A DNA stretch of 64,000 nucleotides. It comes from Eledone cirrhosa. Taxonomy: Eukaryota. Below are positions 36,214 through 52,084 of the stretch, piece after piece. A program made the translations under genes and the position numbers. The notes under the pieces were generated by a model, which was not told the DNA's origin, did not search any database, and saw nothing but the letters and a program-made list of their open reading frames with translations. The stretch lies in contig OZ024741.1 in assembly GCA_964016885.1 (NCBI GenBank), positions 115,134,001 to 115,198,000 of the forward strand, in the 5' to 3' direction. How positions within the stretch are numbered: position 1 is the stretch's first letter; each line of letters begins with the position of its first letter.

Positions 36214-36801
36214 ATAACCTGAACAATAACTCAGTACAAGACCATATCAACAAGTCATACTAATAATACAAATAGTAATAACAATCTCCATAATCATAAC
36301 ACTAGAAGTAGATACAGAAACAACCACTCAAATGCACACACCCTTAACCAGTATACAAGTAAACAAAACAATTGTAACTGTAGGCCTAACAAGACATGTC
36401 AATTAAATAAGAACTGCCTAATTAAAGACATTGTCTACTCCGGTACTATAACCGCCAATCACATCTCGAAAGTACATATAGGTTCTATATCGAATAGCTT
36501 TAAGACCAGATATAATTCACAACTTCATTCGTTCAGACTTCCTAAACTTAGCAACGTAACCTCAATATACACATACATACACTCATTAAAATCAAGTAAT
36601 ATACCATATACCTTAAAATGGGAAGTGATAGCTACGGCCCCTTCATATAAAACACCTAACACATTTTGTAACCTTTGCATCCTCGAGTCTAAACATATTA
36701 TTCACTCTAACCTTAGCCTACTAAATAGGAAATCAGAGATCTTCTACACGTGTCTGCATTACCATAGATTCTCGTTCCACTACTTCAAAGCTAGCAACTA
36801 A
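36214..36801 (+). pseudogene. PLE GIY-YIG fragment (Naiad-like); ATG-less open frame absent from the ORF track
   Basis: CNCRPNKTCQLNKNC..IVYS..VHIG..FKTRY..LKWEVIATAPSY..CNLCILE..LLNRKSE..CLH, ending at TAA 36799-36801. Confidence 0.85.
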
Positions 36802-37154
36802 TAATAATAATAATAAAAATAAAGACCAATGTCGGAGATAACACTAGACCACCAACATGTAGTTTATCCAACTAGACCTTCATCTATCCAACTAGACATC
36901 CATGAATATAGGACTACATAATAATTGAAAGACCACACTGACCTACATACAGTCAATAAACACCTGTTTGATCTATTACATTATACAATGAAAAGATTTA
37001 AATGATATAGATACCCTAACAAATTCCCAATATACAACACCAACTAAATACTAGATAACTGTGTATATAACTCCAATTACTCCAGTATATATTATGCAAC
37101 TCACTATCCTGTCATAAAAAACTTCAACTATCTCTACACAATCAGTATGTTTGC

Positions 37155-37234
<80 letters not shown>

Positions 37235-38132
37235 ATATGTATATATGTGTATATATATATATGTCTGTGTGTATATATATATGTGTGTATATGTGTGTGT
37301 ATATATATATATATATTTATGTATATGTGTGTATGTATGTATATGTGTGTATAAGTGTGTGTGCAGATATGTGAGTGTGTGTATATATATGTCACATATG
37401 TATATGCCTTATATTATGCATGCATATACTAACTATGTAAAAACTATTTAGTTATAATAAAATAATAAACTAAATTAAAAAATGTGTTAAACCCCTCCCC
37501 CACACAAGTTTAAAAGATAGCAATTATTTCGCCAAGAATATTTTATATTTTATATTTTATATTTTATACACTCTATATAGATTAATTTATAACACTACCA
37601 CAATATTATAACAACCCTTAATTTATCAACAACATTATTTACCTCCCTTTGTTATTAACCCCCTTTACAACTTCCTGTGTAAACTTATAATATTAAGTGA
37701 CCTAACGGTTTACCAACAGCTTAATAACGCTTAATACAAACCTTAGAAAATATAATTTACATATAAAAAATGCATAAGATAATATACCTACAATAACAAC
37801 ATGGCCAGTAATTCGAAGGAATTTACATTTAACAAACAAACACCTATTGACTATAAACGACTTAAAATAATCCCATGGTTAATAGCTGTGAGTAACAAAC
37901 AACACATGCACATAAATACGAAATACAACACAAAAATACTTAAATGAAAATCACATACCTAACTCATTCTAGTGCTTTACATTACACCTTACATAACAAA
38001 TACATTACATCATCACCACACGCCTCTCTAACAATTTGCACACTATCTTAAATGTTTATAACAAATATAACATGCGTTATATAATGTGTTTATTTCAACT
38101 GCGTTATAACTCTCTTCTCATACCTGCATTAT

Positions 38133-40259
<2,127 letters not shown>

Positions 40260-40339
40260 TGCTTATAAATTATTTCCCTGTGTTTTTTTGCTTGTCATTT
40301 TTTTGCTTGTGCTTTAAGAGTGTCACTACGATAAGAGTG

Positions 40340-40910
40340 TCACTACGAATTCTTTAAGCAGTGATTATATCCCGGTGGTCTCGCTCCTATTATCTATAAA
40401 TGGATTATATCTAATCTAGTGCCAAGTTAAGTAGTCCAAAGATTGCTATTATTATAAGTCCTGCAAACTCTTTGTGGACGGAGAGTGTCCAAGGACTATG
40501 AGTTTGTTGAAAACGAGCTTCTTGAGAAATACTCACTGAAGGTTGACTAACAATGCTTACTCAGGGATATGGCACAGCACTGCAGAAACTGTACGCTTAT
40601 CTACAGAATGACATGCATAGATATGTTGCTAAAAAGCTTCAAAGTGAGAGTAATATAGATAAGCAACTTCTATCGTGGAGCAACAATAGGTATATTGGCT
40701 CTCACTTCGAAGGATATGCTTTTGCAATCCAGGAATAGGAAATAACAACGACATACCTTATGTACAAACGAGATAGGAATGCATGTAAAACGCCTAGATA
40801 TGACAATAGATGTCAACTGTGGAGGATGTTAACCACTTCATAGTCTGTTGTTTGAAGATGTCATTGTGATACTATCTACCTATGAGGTATGATGTAATGG
40901 TCAACACACT
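40340..40910 (+). mobile_element. RLE-type LINE fragment (pre-zinc-knuckle region); copy near 63080-63670
   Basis: SHFEGYAFAIQE*EI.T.YL, followed by a decayed CxxC/H/C motif and an RHD-like MRYD. Confidence 0.65.
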
Positions 40911-41311
40911 AGAGAGGATGTCACTGAAGATAAAGGCGTTTTAAATCAGATTAGCATTTCATTATCGAATTAGAATTGACGATATAAAATAATGTTTCCC
41001 TAGATACTGAGTAGCTTGTACAAGACAAACTACCAAGAGCTTATACACCTTGGTAGTTTATGTGGTTCCTCGAAAAGTTAGAAATAGTAGCCGAAGTCCT
41101 TCAATCCTTAAAAATGGAAGGACAATGTAGTGAAAGATATATTAAAAGACAGACTGCGGCCAAGATTAGGGCATTGCCTTAAAAAGATTTAATAGATCAT
41201 ATCAAACACAGTACTTATTTCATTGGGTTTGGCAGAGTGTCTTGTAAACAGGCATGGACACGCAAACAAACACGCATACACACATATCATGCATACACAC
41301 ACACACACATA

Positions 41312-41375
<64 letters not shown>

Positions 41376-41635
41376 AGAGAGAGAGAAAGGGAAGATAGAA
41401 ACCCGACTATGGGTGTATATATATGAACAAGAGGTATAGGCCAACAATTCATAAAGTCACTTCTTTTAAGAAGTGACTTCATGATATGAAATGTTGGCCT
41501 ATACCTTTTGTTTTGCATTGAGCCTTTTGTCATACCGCCAACCGGCTAATACTTAGTACTACCCTACATATTTATAGCTATATCTAACACATATAAATAT
41601 AAATATAAACATATATATATATGTATATATATATA

Positions 41636-41777
<142 letters not shown>

Positions 41778-41908
41778 TACATATTAATATTTATAGCTAT
41801 ATCTAACACATATAAATATAAATATAAATATATACAACAGGACCACCAACAAGACCCGTATGCGGAGCAAATATAGCTAGCAACTACAGGATCTCCTACT
41901 TCCTCTCA

Positions 41909-43468
41909 ATGGTTATACGCCCCATAATCAAGATGTCCCCAGATGTATGTGAAAGTACAGAGGACCTCCTCAGCAGAATCAGTGAGTGCAACAAAAACAG
42001 GAGCCTATCTAACTGCATAATAGGCAGCATGGATGTGGTGTCACTGTACCCATCCATTAACATTGATTTTGCTGTGAAAAGATGTGTGGAGATGATCATT
42101 GAGAGTGAGGTGGAGTTCTGCGACGTCGACACAGACGAACTGGGCCTCCTACTTAGACTTACCTACGACACTGACTACCTAGACAGCCATGACCTTAGAT
42201 GTTTCTGCCCTAGTAGACCTATAAGAGGTAGATCCCCCACCATAACCTCAATGGCTAAAAAGACTCCCATAGGAAGGTGGATTGGGTGGACCAAAGCTAT
42301 ACGGACCCCCCAAAACACTGATCAGGTAAGAAAAATGGTCGCACATGCAATAGGGGCTAGTATCAAAACTACCCAAAAGGGCCACATATTTAAGTTCAAT
42401 GAGAAAATCGACACCCAAAATGAGGGAGCAGCCATCGGCGTCAGCATAGCTGGTGATGTTGCCAACCTTTTCATGTTATGGTGGGAAAGGAGACTTAAAG
42501 ATCTCCTTAATGAAAGCTCCATAGACCTCATCATGTACTCTCGTTATGTAGACGATATCAATATAGTTATAAGAACACCCCCACTAGAGAGCACTAACAA
42601 GTTTGATTTAGAACGTAGCACGATGGAAAGCATCCAGCAGATAGCTAATTCCATACACCAGAGTATAACTGTAACTATAGACTTCCCTTCCAAACACCCT
42701 AACAATAGACTACCTGTATTAGACACAGAACTCTGGATTAACACTATAGACGAGAGAGCCCAAATTCTCCACTCACACTATGCTAAACCCATGGCCTCCA
42801 AATACCTGATACTCAAAAACTCAGCAATGTCCAGTAGTGCTAAGTTTAATATTCTGATCGCAGATTTGGTACGAGTGATGAAGAATGTGTCCAGCATGTG
42901 CGACCCAACAGAAATGGAAGGACACATCCAACACTTCATCAACCGCATGCAGTTCTCTGGCTACAACCAAAGAGACAGAGTCAGAGTATACGAAGGAGCC
43001 ATGGAAAAGTATAAGACCCTCATAGAACTGGACATGAAAGGAATTTGTCCACTATACAGGAGCAAATCATGGAATAGCTTAGATAGGGCTAGACATAAGA
43101 TAGGGAAGGCCACATCATGGTACGACAAACAGAGATATCAGAGTGTCATGTTTGTGGACGCCAACCCTGGAGGGAAATTAGCTAACCAGTGTAGAAAGGC
43201 CCTGAGAAAGACCCACTTAAAAATAAAGGTGGTAGAAAAGCCAGGAACCACCATAAAATCCCTGATCAGCAAAACCTACCCTTTTAAGAAAACCCACTGT
43301 ACCAATAGGAAATGTATCATATGTAAGGTGAACCCCCGGATAAACTGTAGAAACGTAGTCTATAGCATAAGATGTACAGAGGGTGCTTGCAGAAACATGA
43401 CAACAACATACATAGGTGAGACAGCTCGTAGCATAGGTGAAAGGATAGACCAACACTGGGGGAACTAA
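41909..43468 (+). CDS. PLE C reverse transcriptase + GIY-YIG (519 aa; frameshift at the end, continuing to about 43693)
   Basis: SMDVVSLYPSI, GAAIG, YSRYVDD, LPVLD, Cys-rich linker, VVY..YIGETARS..ER..QH. Confidence 0.9.
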   Translation: MVIRPIIKMSPDVCESTEDLLSRISECNKNRSLSNCIIGSMDVVSLYPSINIDFAVKRCVEMIIESEVEFCDVDTDELGLLLRLTYDTDYLDSHDLRCFCPSRPIRGRSPTITSMAKKTPIGRWIGWTKAIRTPQNTDQVRKMVAHAIGASIKTTQKGHIFKFNEKIDTQNEGAAIGVSIAGDVANLFMLWWERRLKDLLNESSIDLIMYSRYVDDINIVIRTPPLESTNKFDLERSTMESIQQIANSIHQSITVTIDFPSKHPNNRLPVLDTELWINTIDERAQILHSHYAKPMASKYLILKNSAMSSSAKFNILIADLVRVMKNVSSMCDPTEMEGHIQHFINRMQFSGYNQRDRVRVYEGAMEKYKTLIELDMKGICPLYRSKSWNSLDRARHKIGKATSWYDKQRYQSVMFVDANPGGKLANQCRKALRKTHLKIKVVEKPGTTIKSLISKTYPFKKTHCTNRKCIICKVNPRINCRNVVYSIRCTEGACRNMTTTYIGETARSIGERIDQHWGN

Positions 43469-43982
43469 AAGGACGAAAAAACGGGTCAGTACTATACGAA
43501 CATGCTAGACAACAACATGACGGTAACATAGACAACATAGAAATTAGAATAATATCTAAACATAGGAATGACCCAGCAGATAGGCAAATCAGAGAGGCCA
43601 GTGAAATAGAAATTAGAAGACCAAAGCTAAACAGAAAGAATGAGTGGAACAACAACAACACCCAAACAAACAACACTGACCTAAGAGAAGTATAAATAAG
43701 TAAATAAAATAAAATAAAATAAGATAAATAAATACATACACAAGCACAATAACAACAAGCACATAAACACACACTAGTCACCCAGCAGACACAACGCTAT
43801 ACACACTAGTCACACATCACACATAACACTATACACACACGCAAACGCATGCGCAAAGAAGACAAAATAAAATAAGATAAACAAACAAGCAAATAAATAA
43901 ATAAATATATAGACAGACTGAACAAAACAAAAAAAAATGGCGTAGACATACAACACAACAGGAGGAACAATGAATATAACAC

Positions 43983-44020
43983 CACTGACGATGTTGCAGA
44001 TGTGCAACGAAAGATTTATG
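43983..44020 (+). ncRNA. Minimal type I hammerhead ribozyme (PLE C), partly degenerate
   Basis: CA-CTGACGA-T-GTTGCA-GATG-TGCAAC-GAAA-GAT-TTA-TG; stem I is weak. Confidence 0.6.
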
Positions 44021-44307
44021 TAAATTATGTAAACTATATATATGTGTTTGTGTCTATATTGTATCTGTATTATTTTTGACCGCCGGTCAGTCAATGGCAA
44101 CATTGAGGACCGAGTAAGTTAGATCGCAGATATAAAAGACAGCGAGAAGCGAAAACCAACCAAACAGTGAGTGTGTTATGTTATTAATTCTGGCAATATT
44201 ACGCAAATATGACCCTCCCCAAGTATAACAATAACTGTTTCGACACACGATTTCATATAAAAAACCTCGCAAAACTAATTCATCGCCGCTATTTATATAT
44301 ATATATA

Positions 44308-44366
<59 letters not shown>

Positions 44367-45573
44367 GTGGGAAAGTAAGAAATCGGAAAATAGACCATTA
44401 AAACATGTTTATTTAAAACAGCACCTACGTACGTTTCGCCCAGTTGTATATTTTAGCCTGTCTGTATCTATTACTAGACCATCAAATCAGTCATTCCCTT
44501 CTGTAAGTCGACGTAGATACTCCCATGCTGACTGTTTATCGTATTGGTTAATGGTACTATTGAAATGATCTTTTGATATTTTTTAGGTTTTTTCTGGATG
44601 TGTGCTAAACAATAGTTAGACCAAGGTTAGTCTGGTGATGTTAATCCATCATCTGATTAAAAAGTCGCCAGCATTACGTATGCAGGCTTATAAACTCTAT
44701 TAACATTTGTTCGTTTTGAGTGGTTTTAATTTTTACCGATTTTATGTCGTAAATATTTCTACAATTTGCATACTAGAAGTATTTATGAATTGGATTGGTG
44801 ATTGCTAACATTGTATTCAGAAGATTGTAGCCCTTGACATCGACTTCGTCGTTATAATCATAACCATCCGCTCCGCCCATATATATATATATATATATAT
44901 TAGTAAAAAGGAAAAGAAAATGCTGACAGATTATTCCCAGTGAAAAATAGTTTAATTAGGAATAAGTATAAATTAGTAATAAGTATTAGTTAGTATTCAG
45001 TTAATAGACAACCGACGAAGGGAAATTGTCCATCTCTTGTTTGTGTCGCCTTATTTTTGTTTAACCCCGAATGCAGAGCTCAAGCCGTTTCGACGGCAGA
45101 GCTTAAGCCGTTTCGACGGCTTGAACTCTACCGTCGGGATTAAACATTTTCCTATTACCCACTCTACTATCCTAAGTATTGAGTACTCTGGTGCGTTATG
45201 GTCCATCTGATTCCTTACCACACCTCCTTCGTTATATATATATATATTTTCTCACACACACACATATATATGACGACTGATGACGTCTTACGAATGAAAC
45301 AGCTCTAGTCCTGAAGAAGTTATTTCTATCGAGGGGTTGTAGTTTGATTGAAGCATTGTGGATTATGAAAGTAAAAAAGAAAAGTGAGTATGTTTCGGAA
45401 GCTGTTACAATGCAAGTGGGTTTAAAATACCAAGGAAACAAAATCTGAAGGGAATTGAGAGAGGTGAGATAGAAGACAAAGCGTGGGAGAAGGAGGAAAA
45501 TAAAGTGACAAGAATCACTGATTGTTGCCTTTGTAATTTATTAGTCCCAATATCTCGGATTTACCATCCATTT

Positions 45574-47061
45574 CACTGTGTAACATATTTTTTGTTCCCC
45601 GGTTCTAAGTGTCATTTCATGGTTTGTTATATCCCATTATTATAAAAAAAGCACTATTATTTAATCAGTAGTTTGTGTTTGTGGTCAGGAGTTTGATATT
45701 TCGAAATTTTCATATTTTTCAAGAAAAAACACATTTTTTTTAAATTTATCAGTTCACATAATTAAATATTACACAAGCTTATGAAAAGAAAACAAGTAAA
45801 AACAAATAACACTTATAAAGCAACTTATACACGCCAGAAATCACTGGATTTCCTGGATTTGCGGTTGTAGTCCAGGTCGCATTCCCGCACTAGCCCAATC
45901 ATTTTTTCATTGTAGTGGCCCTGGTACCTCCGCTCCATCTCTTTCACATCTTGGTGGAATCGTTCGCCTTGTTCTTCTGAGTTGGCGCCCATATTATACT
46001 TGAATTTTTCCAGGTGAGTGTCCAGCATATGGAGTTTAAGCGACATCCTGCATCCCATGGCGCCAAAAGCCTTTATCAGATCCTGCACCAGTTGCTGGTA
46101 GTTTTCAGCTCTGTAGTTGCCCAGGAAGCCCTTAACAACTGTCTTGAAATAGTTCCATGCTGTTATCTCAATCCTATTGAGCTTATTGGCGAACTCGGTA
46201 GACTCAAACACCTTCTTTATCTGAGGTCCAACAAAAATTCCACCTTTGATTTTGGCCTCAGATAACTTGGGGAAGAACTGAAGAAGGTACATAAAAGCGG
46301 CTGATTCTTGGTTGAGAGCCTTCACAAACTGCTTCATCAACCCCAACTTAATGTGCAGTGGCGGCATGAGCACAATCCTGGGATCAACCAGTGGATCCCA
46401 CATGACGTTCCGGGTCCCAACTACAAATTCTGTTCGCTGCTCCCAGTTCTTTCTTTTGTAGTGGTCAGAGGTGGCTCTGCTGTCCCAAAGGCAGAGGAAG
46501 CATTGGAATTTGATAAAGCCTCCTTGGAGTCCAAGCAGGAAAGCCACCATCTCGAAGTCTCCAATGATTTCCCAATGGTACTGGTTGTATTGCAGAGCTT
46601 CCAAGAGGACTTTTACACTGTAGTAATCTTCCTTCAGGCAGACTGAATGAGCTAGGGGCAGTGTCGGGAACTTGTTTCCATTGTGGTGGAGGAAAGCCTT
46701 CAAAGATGTGGTAGAGCTGTCTATAAATAGCCGCCATTCCTTGGGCACAAACGGCACCCCAATAATGTCAAACAGTCCAGGCACGTCATGGCAGAAGCAG
46801 AGGCTATCCCTAAGAGTGTAAAAACCTGAGAAAGGTTCGTGTCGACTTCTCTTACTTGTCACCTGCACTTCCTCCTTGACCAAGTTCCACTGCTTCATCC
46901 TGGAGACGAATAGTTCTGTATTGGACTTGGTCAGACCCATATCCCTGACCAAGTCATTGACTTCTTTTTGGTTTGGGAAGTGAGGAACTTTTTCTGGTAC
47001 CTAGGCAGGTAATCCAAGTCCTCAGCCTCCATCTCCTCCTCTTCATCGGAATACTTGTCTT
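45574..47061 (-). mobile_element. Chapaev3-like transposon, duplicate copy
   Basis: Same terminus and ORF as 26325-27812. Confidence 0.7.
45825..46952 (-). CDS. Chapaev3-like transposase catalytic region (375 aa)
   Basis: Ten amino-acid differences from 26576-27703 by manual count. Confidence 0.75.
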   Translation of the reverse strand: MVRDMGLTKSNTELFVSRMKQWNLVKEEVQVTSKRSRHEPFSGFYTLRDSLCFCHDVPGLFDIIGVPFVPKEWRLFIDSSTTSLKAFLHHNGNKFPTLPLAHSVCLKEDYYSVKVLLEALQYNQYHWEIIGDFEMVAFLLGLQGGFIKFQCFLCLWDSRATSDHYKRKNWEQRTEFVVGTRNVMWDPLVDPRIVLMPPLHIKLGLMKQFVKALNQESAAFMYLLQFFPKLSEAKIKGGIFVGPQIKKVFESTEFANKLNRIEITAWNYFKTVVKGFLGNYRAENYQQLVQDLIKAFGAMGCRMSLKLHMLDTHLEKFKYNMGANSEEQGERFHQDVKEMERRYQGHYNEKMIGLVRECDLDYNRKSRKSSDFWRV

Positions 47062-47655
47062 GGAAAATAAATTTGATATGCAATACAAAATAAAAATTGG
47101 AAAGGAAAATACATATTTAAATAATATAAAAGAACATTAATTATACTAATGAAAATTCGTGCTTAAAACACAACTTACGTGCGAAAATCCAGTATCAATA
47201 AATCTCTTTAATCCACTTTTTAACAATTTTATACTTTATTGCACTTTTATCATTTTCTTTAGGTATTACTCTTTATTTTATAATTTTAATTTAACCTGAA
47301 ACATATATAAAAAAAATCATTTAACATAAGCAAATTAAACGTACATACTACGTAAAATCCACATACAAATAATTTTAGAGAATAGCTTAGAATTTTTACA
47401 AACCCAAACTTTTAACTCTTAAATAGCACTTTTTTTATTTATTTGGGACCTAAACAACACAAAAAAGTGATTACAAGTGATTACAAGTCAGGAACAGATT
47501 TGAACTGAGATCATAAAGGGCTCTATGATGCAAAGCATGGCGTCCGACCCTATACCGATACTGCCATTCCACCGCCCTTTTCTCTGTAGTAATAATGCTT
47601 TCTTTATTAACCACAAGGGTTGATTTCTCTGTAGTAATAATGAAAACCTTTAAAG

Positions 47656-47892
47656 ATAGAGAAAAAAAATGTATCTTTTTAATGCGGGTTTGACCTATAG
47701 AGAAAAAATGTATCTTTTTAATGCGGGTTTGACCTATAGAGAAAAAATGTATCTTTTTAATGCGGGTTTGACCTATAGAGAAAAAATGTATCTTTTTAAT
47801 GCGGGTTTGACCTATAGAGAAAAAATGTATCTTTTTTAATGCGGGTTTGACCTATAGAGAAAAAATGTATCTTTTTAATGCGGGATTGACCT
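47656..47892 (+). repeat. 39-bp nad3-derived tandem repeat x6
   Basis: Units at 47656, 47697, 47736, 47775, 47814 and 47854. Confidence 0.8.
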
Positions 47893-49424
47893 AGCTAGAT
47901 ACACCCGATCATTGTTCTTTATACGCTTTTCGTAAAAATTACTAACCATTCCTTCGATCATTTTATCTTCCGTTATAATTATTTTTCATGAATGAAACAT
48001 AAGCTCAGTAAATTTAATTTAAACGTAATAATGTTATGAATTAAAGCTTTAATTTGAGCAATTCATAATCGTTCTACTCTATATGAATAATTAATATTTT
48101 CCTGCCACTTTCATATTTATTAATATAATAATCCTTGGAACAATTATATCTTTATCTTCTCATTGATCTATAATATGAATAAGATTAGAATTAAATTTAA
48201 TAGGCATTTTACCTCATAAACATTAAATCAGAAAACAAAATGAATGATGTTGAAAGCCCAATAAAATATTTTATTATCCAACCAACAATCGTTATACATT
48301 TGTATTCACTGTCGATATACTTCATATTTAACAGTTCTCTATTTTCATCAATTATAATTACATCATTAGTAATAAAATGAGAAAATTCTCCTTTTCACTT
48401 TTGACTACCAAATGTAAACAAATAAGATGATTTATAATATTTTGTATTTTTAAATGATAGAAATTAGCACTATTATTTATATAATCTTTTATTAATTTTA
48501 ACTATCTAATTATTATCTTCTTCCTTATTAATAGTAGTTTCAACGGAAGCAATCAATTAATCCAACAAACTTTCTATTAATTATAGTCTATTCTTCAATT
48601 CGGCATTTGTTCAATTAACTTGTTCAATTAATAATATATGAATATTGTTATACTTTGGGAGGGTCATGTTGCCAATAAGAAACACACGCACCAGCTGTTT
48701 CACTTCAATTTATTATATATTTATAAATTTATAAATTTACAAATCTACAAACTTATAAAGAATCTTGCTAAACAAATTCAGAAACGAAATATATGAATAT
48801 TTATATACTTAATAATTTATACAATAATTATCATACCTTTATTTTTATATTTTAACTTTAAATCTTAATTATTTGTATATCCATTAAGACAACATAATTA
48901 TAACAGATAGAAAGAAAGTATTTTTTATTATAATTTTAATTATATCTTTAGAAGTGATCTTCTTGTAATAGGATTTCTATCCAAATTAATAATTCTCAAT
49001 ATACTATTGATAATAAATATATTAATCATACCACTATTTCTTATCACAGATTGGCAGTGTCGATAGAGCATCGGGCAACATTCTGTACAGCATATAGTTA
49101 GAGCCCTTTATGTTCTGGGTTCAAATCCCGCCGAAGTTATTTTTGCTCTTCATCCTTACCGGGTCGATAAAATAAAGTACCAGCAACGCACTGGGCCGAT
49201 TTAATCAGAAACCCTTATTTTTTCTTACCTTAATTAGTCTATATTTTTACTTAAACATATTAATAAATATATTCATAAAATCATTTTATTTATTAAAAAT
49301 TAATAAAATAAAAAGTAATTTTAAATCAATCTTAAATTTTAATATAGGAAAAACATTAATCTCCATTCCAACTATTATGACAAAATTATGTTATATCTAT
49401 TTAATATAACTTAATAATATAATT

Positions 49425-50360
49425 ATGCATATAAAAAAAAAAGAAGATATTTACCATTCTTTTGGAATTTTATCTGGATTATTCGGTGCAACATTAAGAT
49501 TGATAATTCGTCGAGAACTAGGACAATCGGGATATTTATTAAATGATAATCAACAACTATATAATGTAAACGCTACTGCTCATGCATTTGTAATAATTTT
49601 CTTTTTATTAATCCCAGTAACAATTGGTGGATTTAAAAAACTGATTAATTCCATTGATACGGGGAGCCACAGACATAGCATTCCCACGATTAAACAGTAT
49701 AACATTTTCACCACTACTTCCGCCTACAACTTTCTTATTTCAGCAGCAGTGGAAAGAGGACAGGGAAAAGAATTGACAGTATACCCTCCCCTATCTAGAA
49801 ATTGAAACGTATAGTCCTTACTGTAGATTTAACAATCTTCTCTCTACATTTAGCAGGAATACCATCTATTATTGGATCTATTAACTTCATTACAACTACA
49901 TTAATAGAGGATGAGAAGGAGTGCAAACAGATCGTCTTTCTTTGTGTGTGTGATCTGTTTTAATTACGGCAATCTTATTTCACTTATCTCTGCCGGTAGT
50001 AGCCTCGCCGACAGTAATTTTAATACGACCTTTTGCGAATCAAGAGGGGACTCTATTTTATATCAACACCTATTTTGATCTTTGGTCATATAGAAGTTGA
50101 TATATTAATATTGACTTGGATTCGGTATTATTAGTCATATTGAGGCTCACTACATAATAAAAAGAGAAACTTTCGCAAAACTAGGAATAAATTATACAAT
50201 ACTCTCTATTGGCCCCAGGCTTCATTGAGTGAGCTGATCACATATTTACAGTAGGTATAGACGTAGATATACGTGCATATTCCATTGCAGCCACAATAAT
50301 TATTGCCATTCCTACAGGAATTAAAGTATCTAGATAACTAGCAACAATTCATGGATCCCC
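49425..50360 (+). pseudogene. cox1: cox1 NUMT (5' part), duplicate
   Basis: The 49425-49805 ORF shows ELGQ..QLYNVNATAHAFVIIFF..TVYPPLS. Confidence 0.92.
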
Positions 50361-51997
50361 ACTTCAGTGTGTGGTTTCTGTGGCGAGTGCGGCTTTTTAA
50401 GGTTAATCGAACAACTTTCTTTCCCTCGTCTCTATGAGCAATGCGCCCTATCAACACAACCTCCGTATTTCACTTTGAAGAATTGATCGGGGGCCAATGT
50501 CACCACAAGCATGTCGGTTTCGATACCTTTTTAAAAGGTCCCTTCTTAGTTTTCTAATTAGCTCTCTCTGTATTCTAGTTGTCTCTATCACTAATTTTCT
50601 TTTACTAAACCGTATCTATTCTACTCTGATCACCGTTTTCAAGGTGAACCATAATTTGTGGGCTTTGAGTGATTTTGGGGATCTTCACCAATCTCCAACC
50701 AGGACAGGACAGGCACAGAATAGACTCGCCGCTTCTGAGTGGTGCTAGGGGTACTACCAGCAGCTGCAACTCCTAAAACGACAACTGCAGAACAAACAGC
50801 ACCAAAGATGTCAGAATACTTACCAGCAGCTACAGCAGCATCAATACACAATGAGGACATGTCCCTCCTTGACTTCACTGAGTTGGATATGGATTGTCGT
50901 GAGGGGCGGAATGGCGTAGGAGAAGGATAAAATATGAAAAGTTCCTTTAACTTCACCCACAAAAAAAGGGAATGGAAGAAATGTAAAAGCGATAAGGCTC
51001 ACAACACGAAACCCAACACCAACACTATCCTCATAAGATCCGGAACAAATACTGATAAGTATTTATAAGTATGCTCTAACGACTCTGCTAATCCACCGCC
51101 CTCACAATAATAATAATAATAGTTTCTACTTTTGGCACAAAGTCAACAATTACCCCAGTGCTTTACTGGTACTTTATTTTATCGGCCCCGTAAGGATGAA
51201 AGGTAAAGTTAACCTCGGCGGGATTTGAACTCAGAACGTAAAGGGCCATAAATCTATGCTACAAATCATGGTGTCTGACACTCTACCGATACTGCCAATC
51301 TACCGCCCATAATAACAATAATAACAACAAAAATAATAGTAATAATTGTTTCTACTTTAGGCACAAGGTCAGCAATTACCCAGTGCATTAGTAATAATGA
51401 TTGTCTGAATTACGTTAATACAGGGGGGGGGGGGAGGTACAATGATCGCAAAATCAAAACAACTAAAACTCGTAAATGCCAAACAATCTGGTTCAACGTT
51501 CCATACTCTAGGCACGTTTTGACGAACATACTAAGATTATTGTCAGGAATCTGACAAATGCTTCGCCCACCATCGTATACATCAAGGTATATAACAGAAT
51601 ACTATTAAATTCTCATTGTCCAAATTAGCTGGCCACATAGCAGTCATTAATAATTGAAAAACACCAAAGAAGACATGAACATATATAACACATCTGAAAC
51701 ACATTAGGAATAATCATATTTTATTCCATAAACTATCTGATATAGAAATTGTGGAAATAAAAAGAGGTGATAAAAGTGAAACACTGGAAGTCATCGAAGA
51801 CATGATGCTAGGTGAGGAGTCGAATGAAGCTGAAACAGAGGTTAAAGGGTTAGTATTGGAGAAACTAATAAACTACTTTGTCAGATGTACACATTGGTTA
51901 CCTATCGTAGTTTTCTACAAACAATACACATCATCATCATCATTCACTCTTCTACTACACTGAGAACTACCACTCATAACCACACAGAAATCCAACG

Positions 51998-52044
<47 letters not shown>

Positions 52045-52084
52045 TATGTATATAAATATATATCGAAATAGCCATAGAATGGAA

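Larger units (their letters stand above)
41835..44293 (+). mobile_element. Penelope-like element C (second PLE lineage), 5'-truncated, in (TA)n
   Basis: RT + GIY-YIG ORF, 3' UTR with an HHR, and a terminal region similar to the PLE D terminus. Confidence 0.9.
47640..50360 (+). pseudogene. NUMT copy 2: nad3 fragment, nad2, partial cox1
   Basis: Duplicate of 28390-31030. Confidence 0.88.

Noticed and set aside
49425-49805. Functional cox1 or true mitochondrial contig
   Set aside because: Frameshifted, truncated and interrupted by nuclear repeats.
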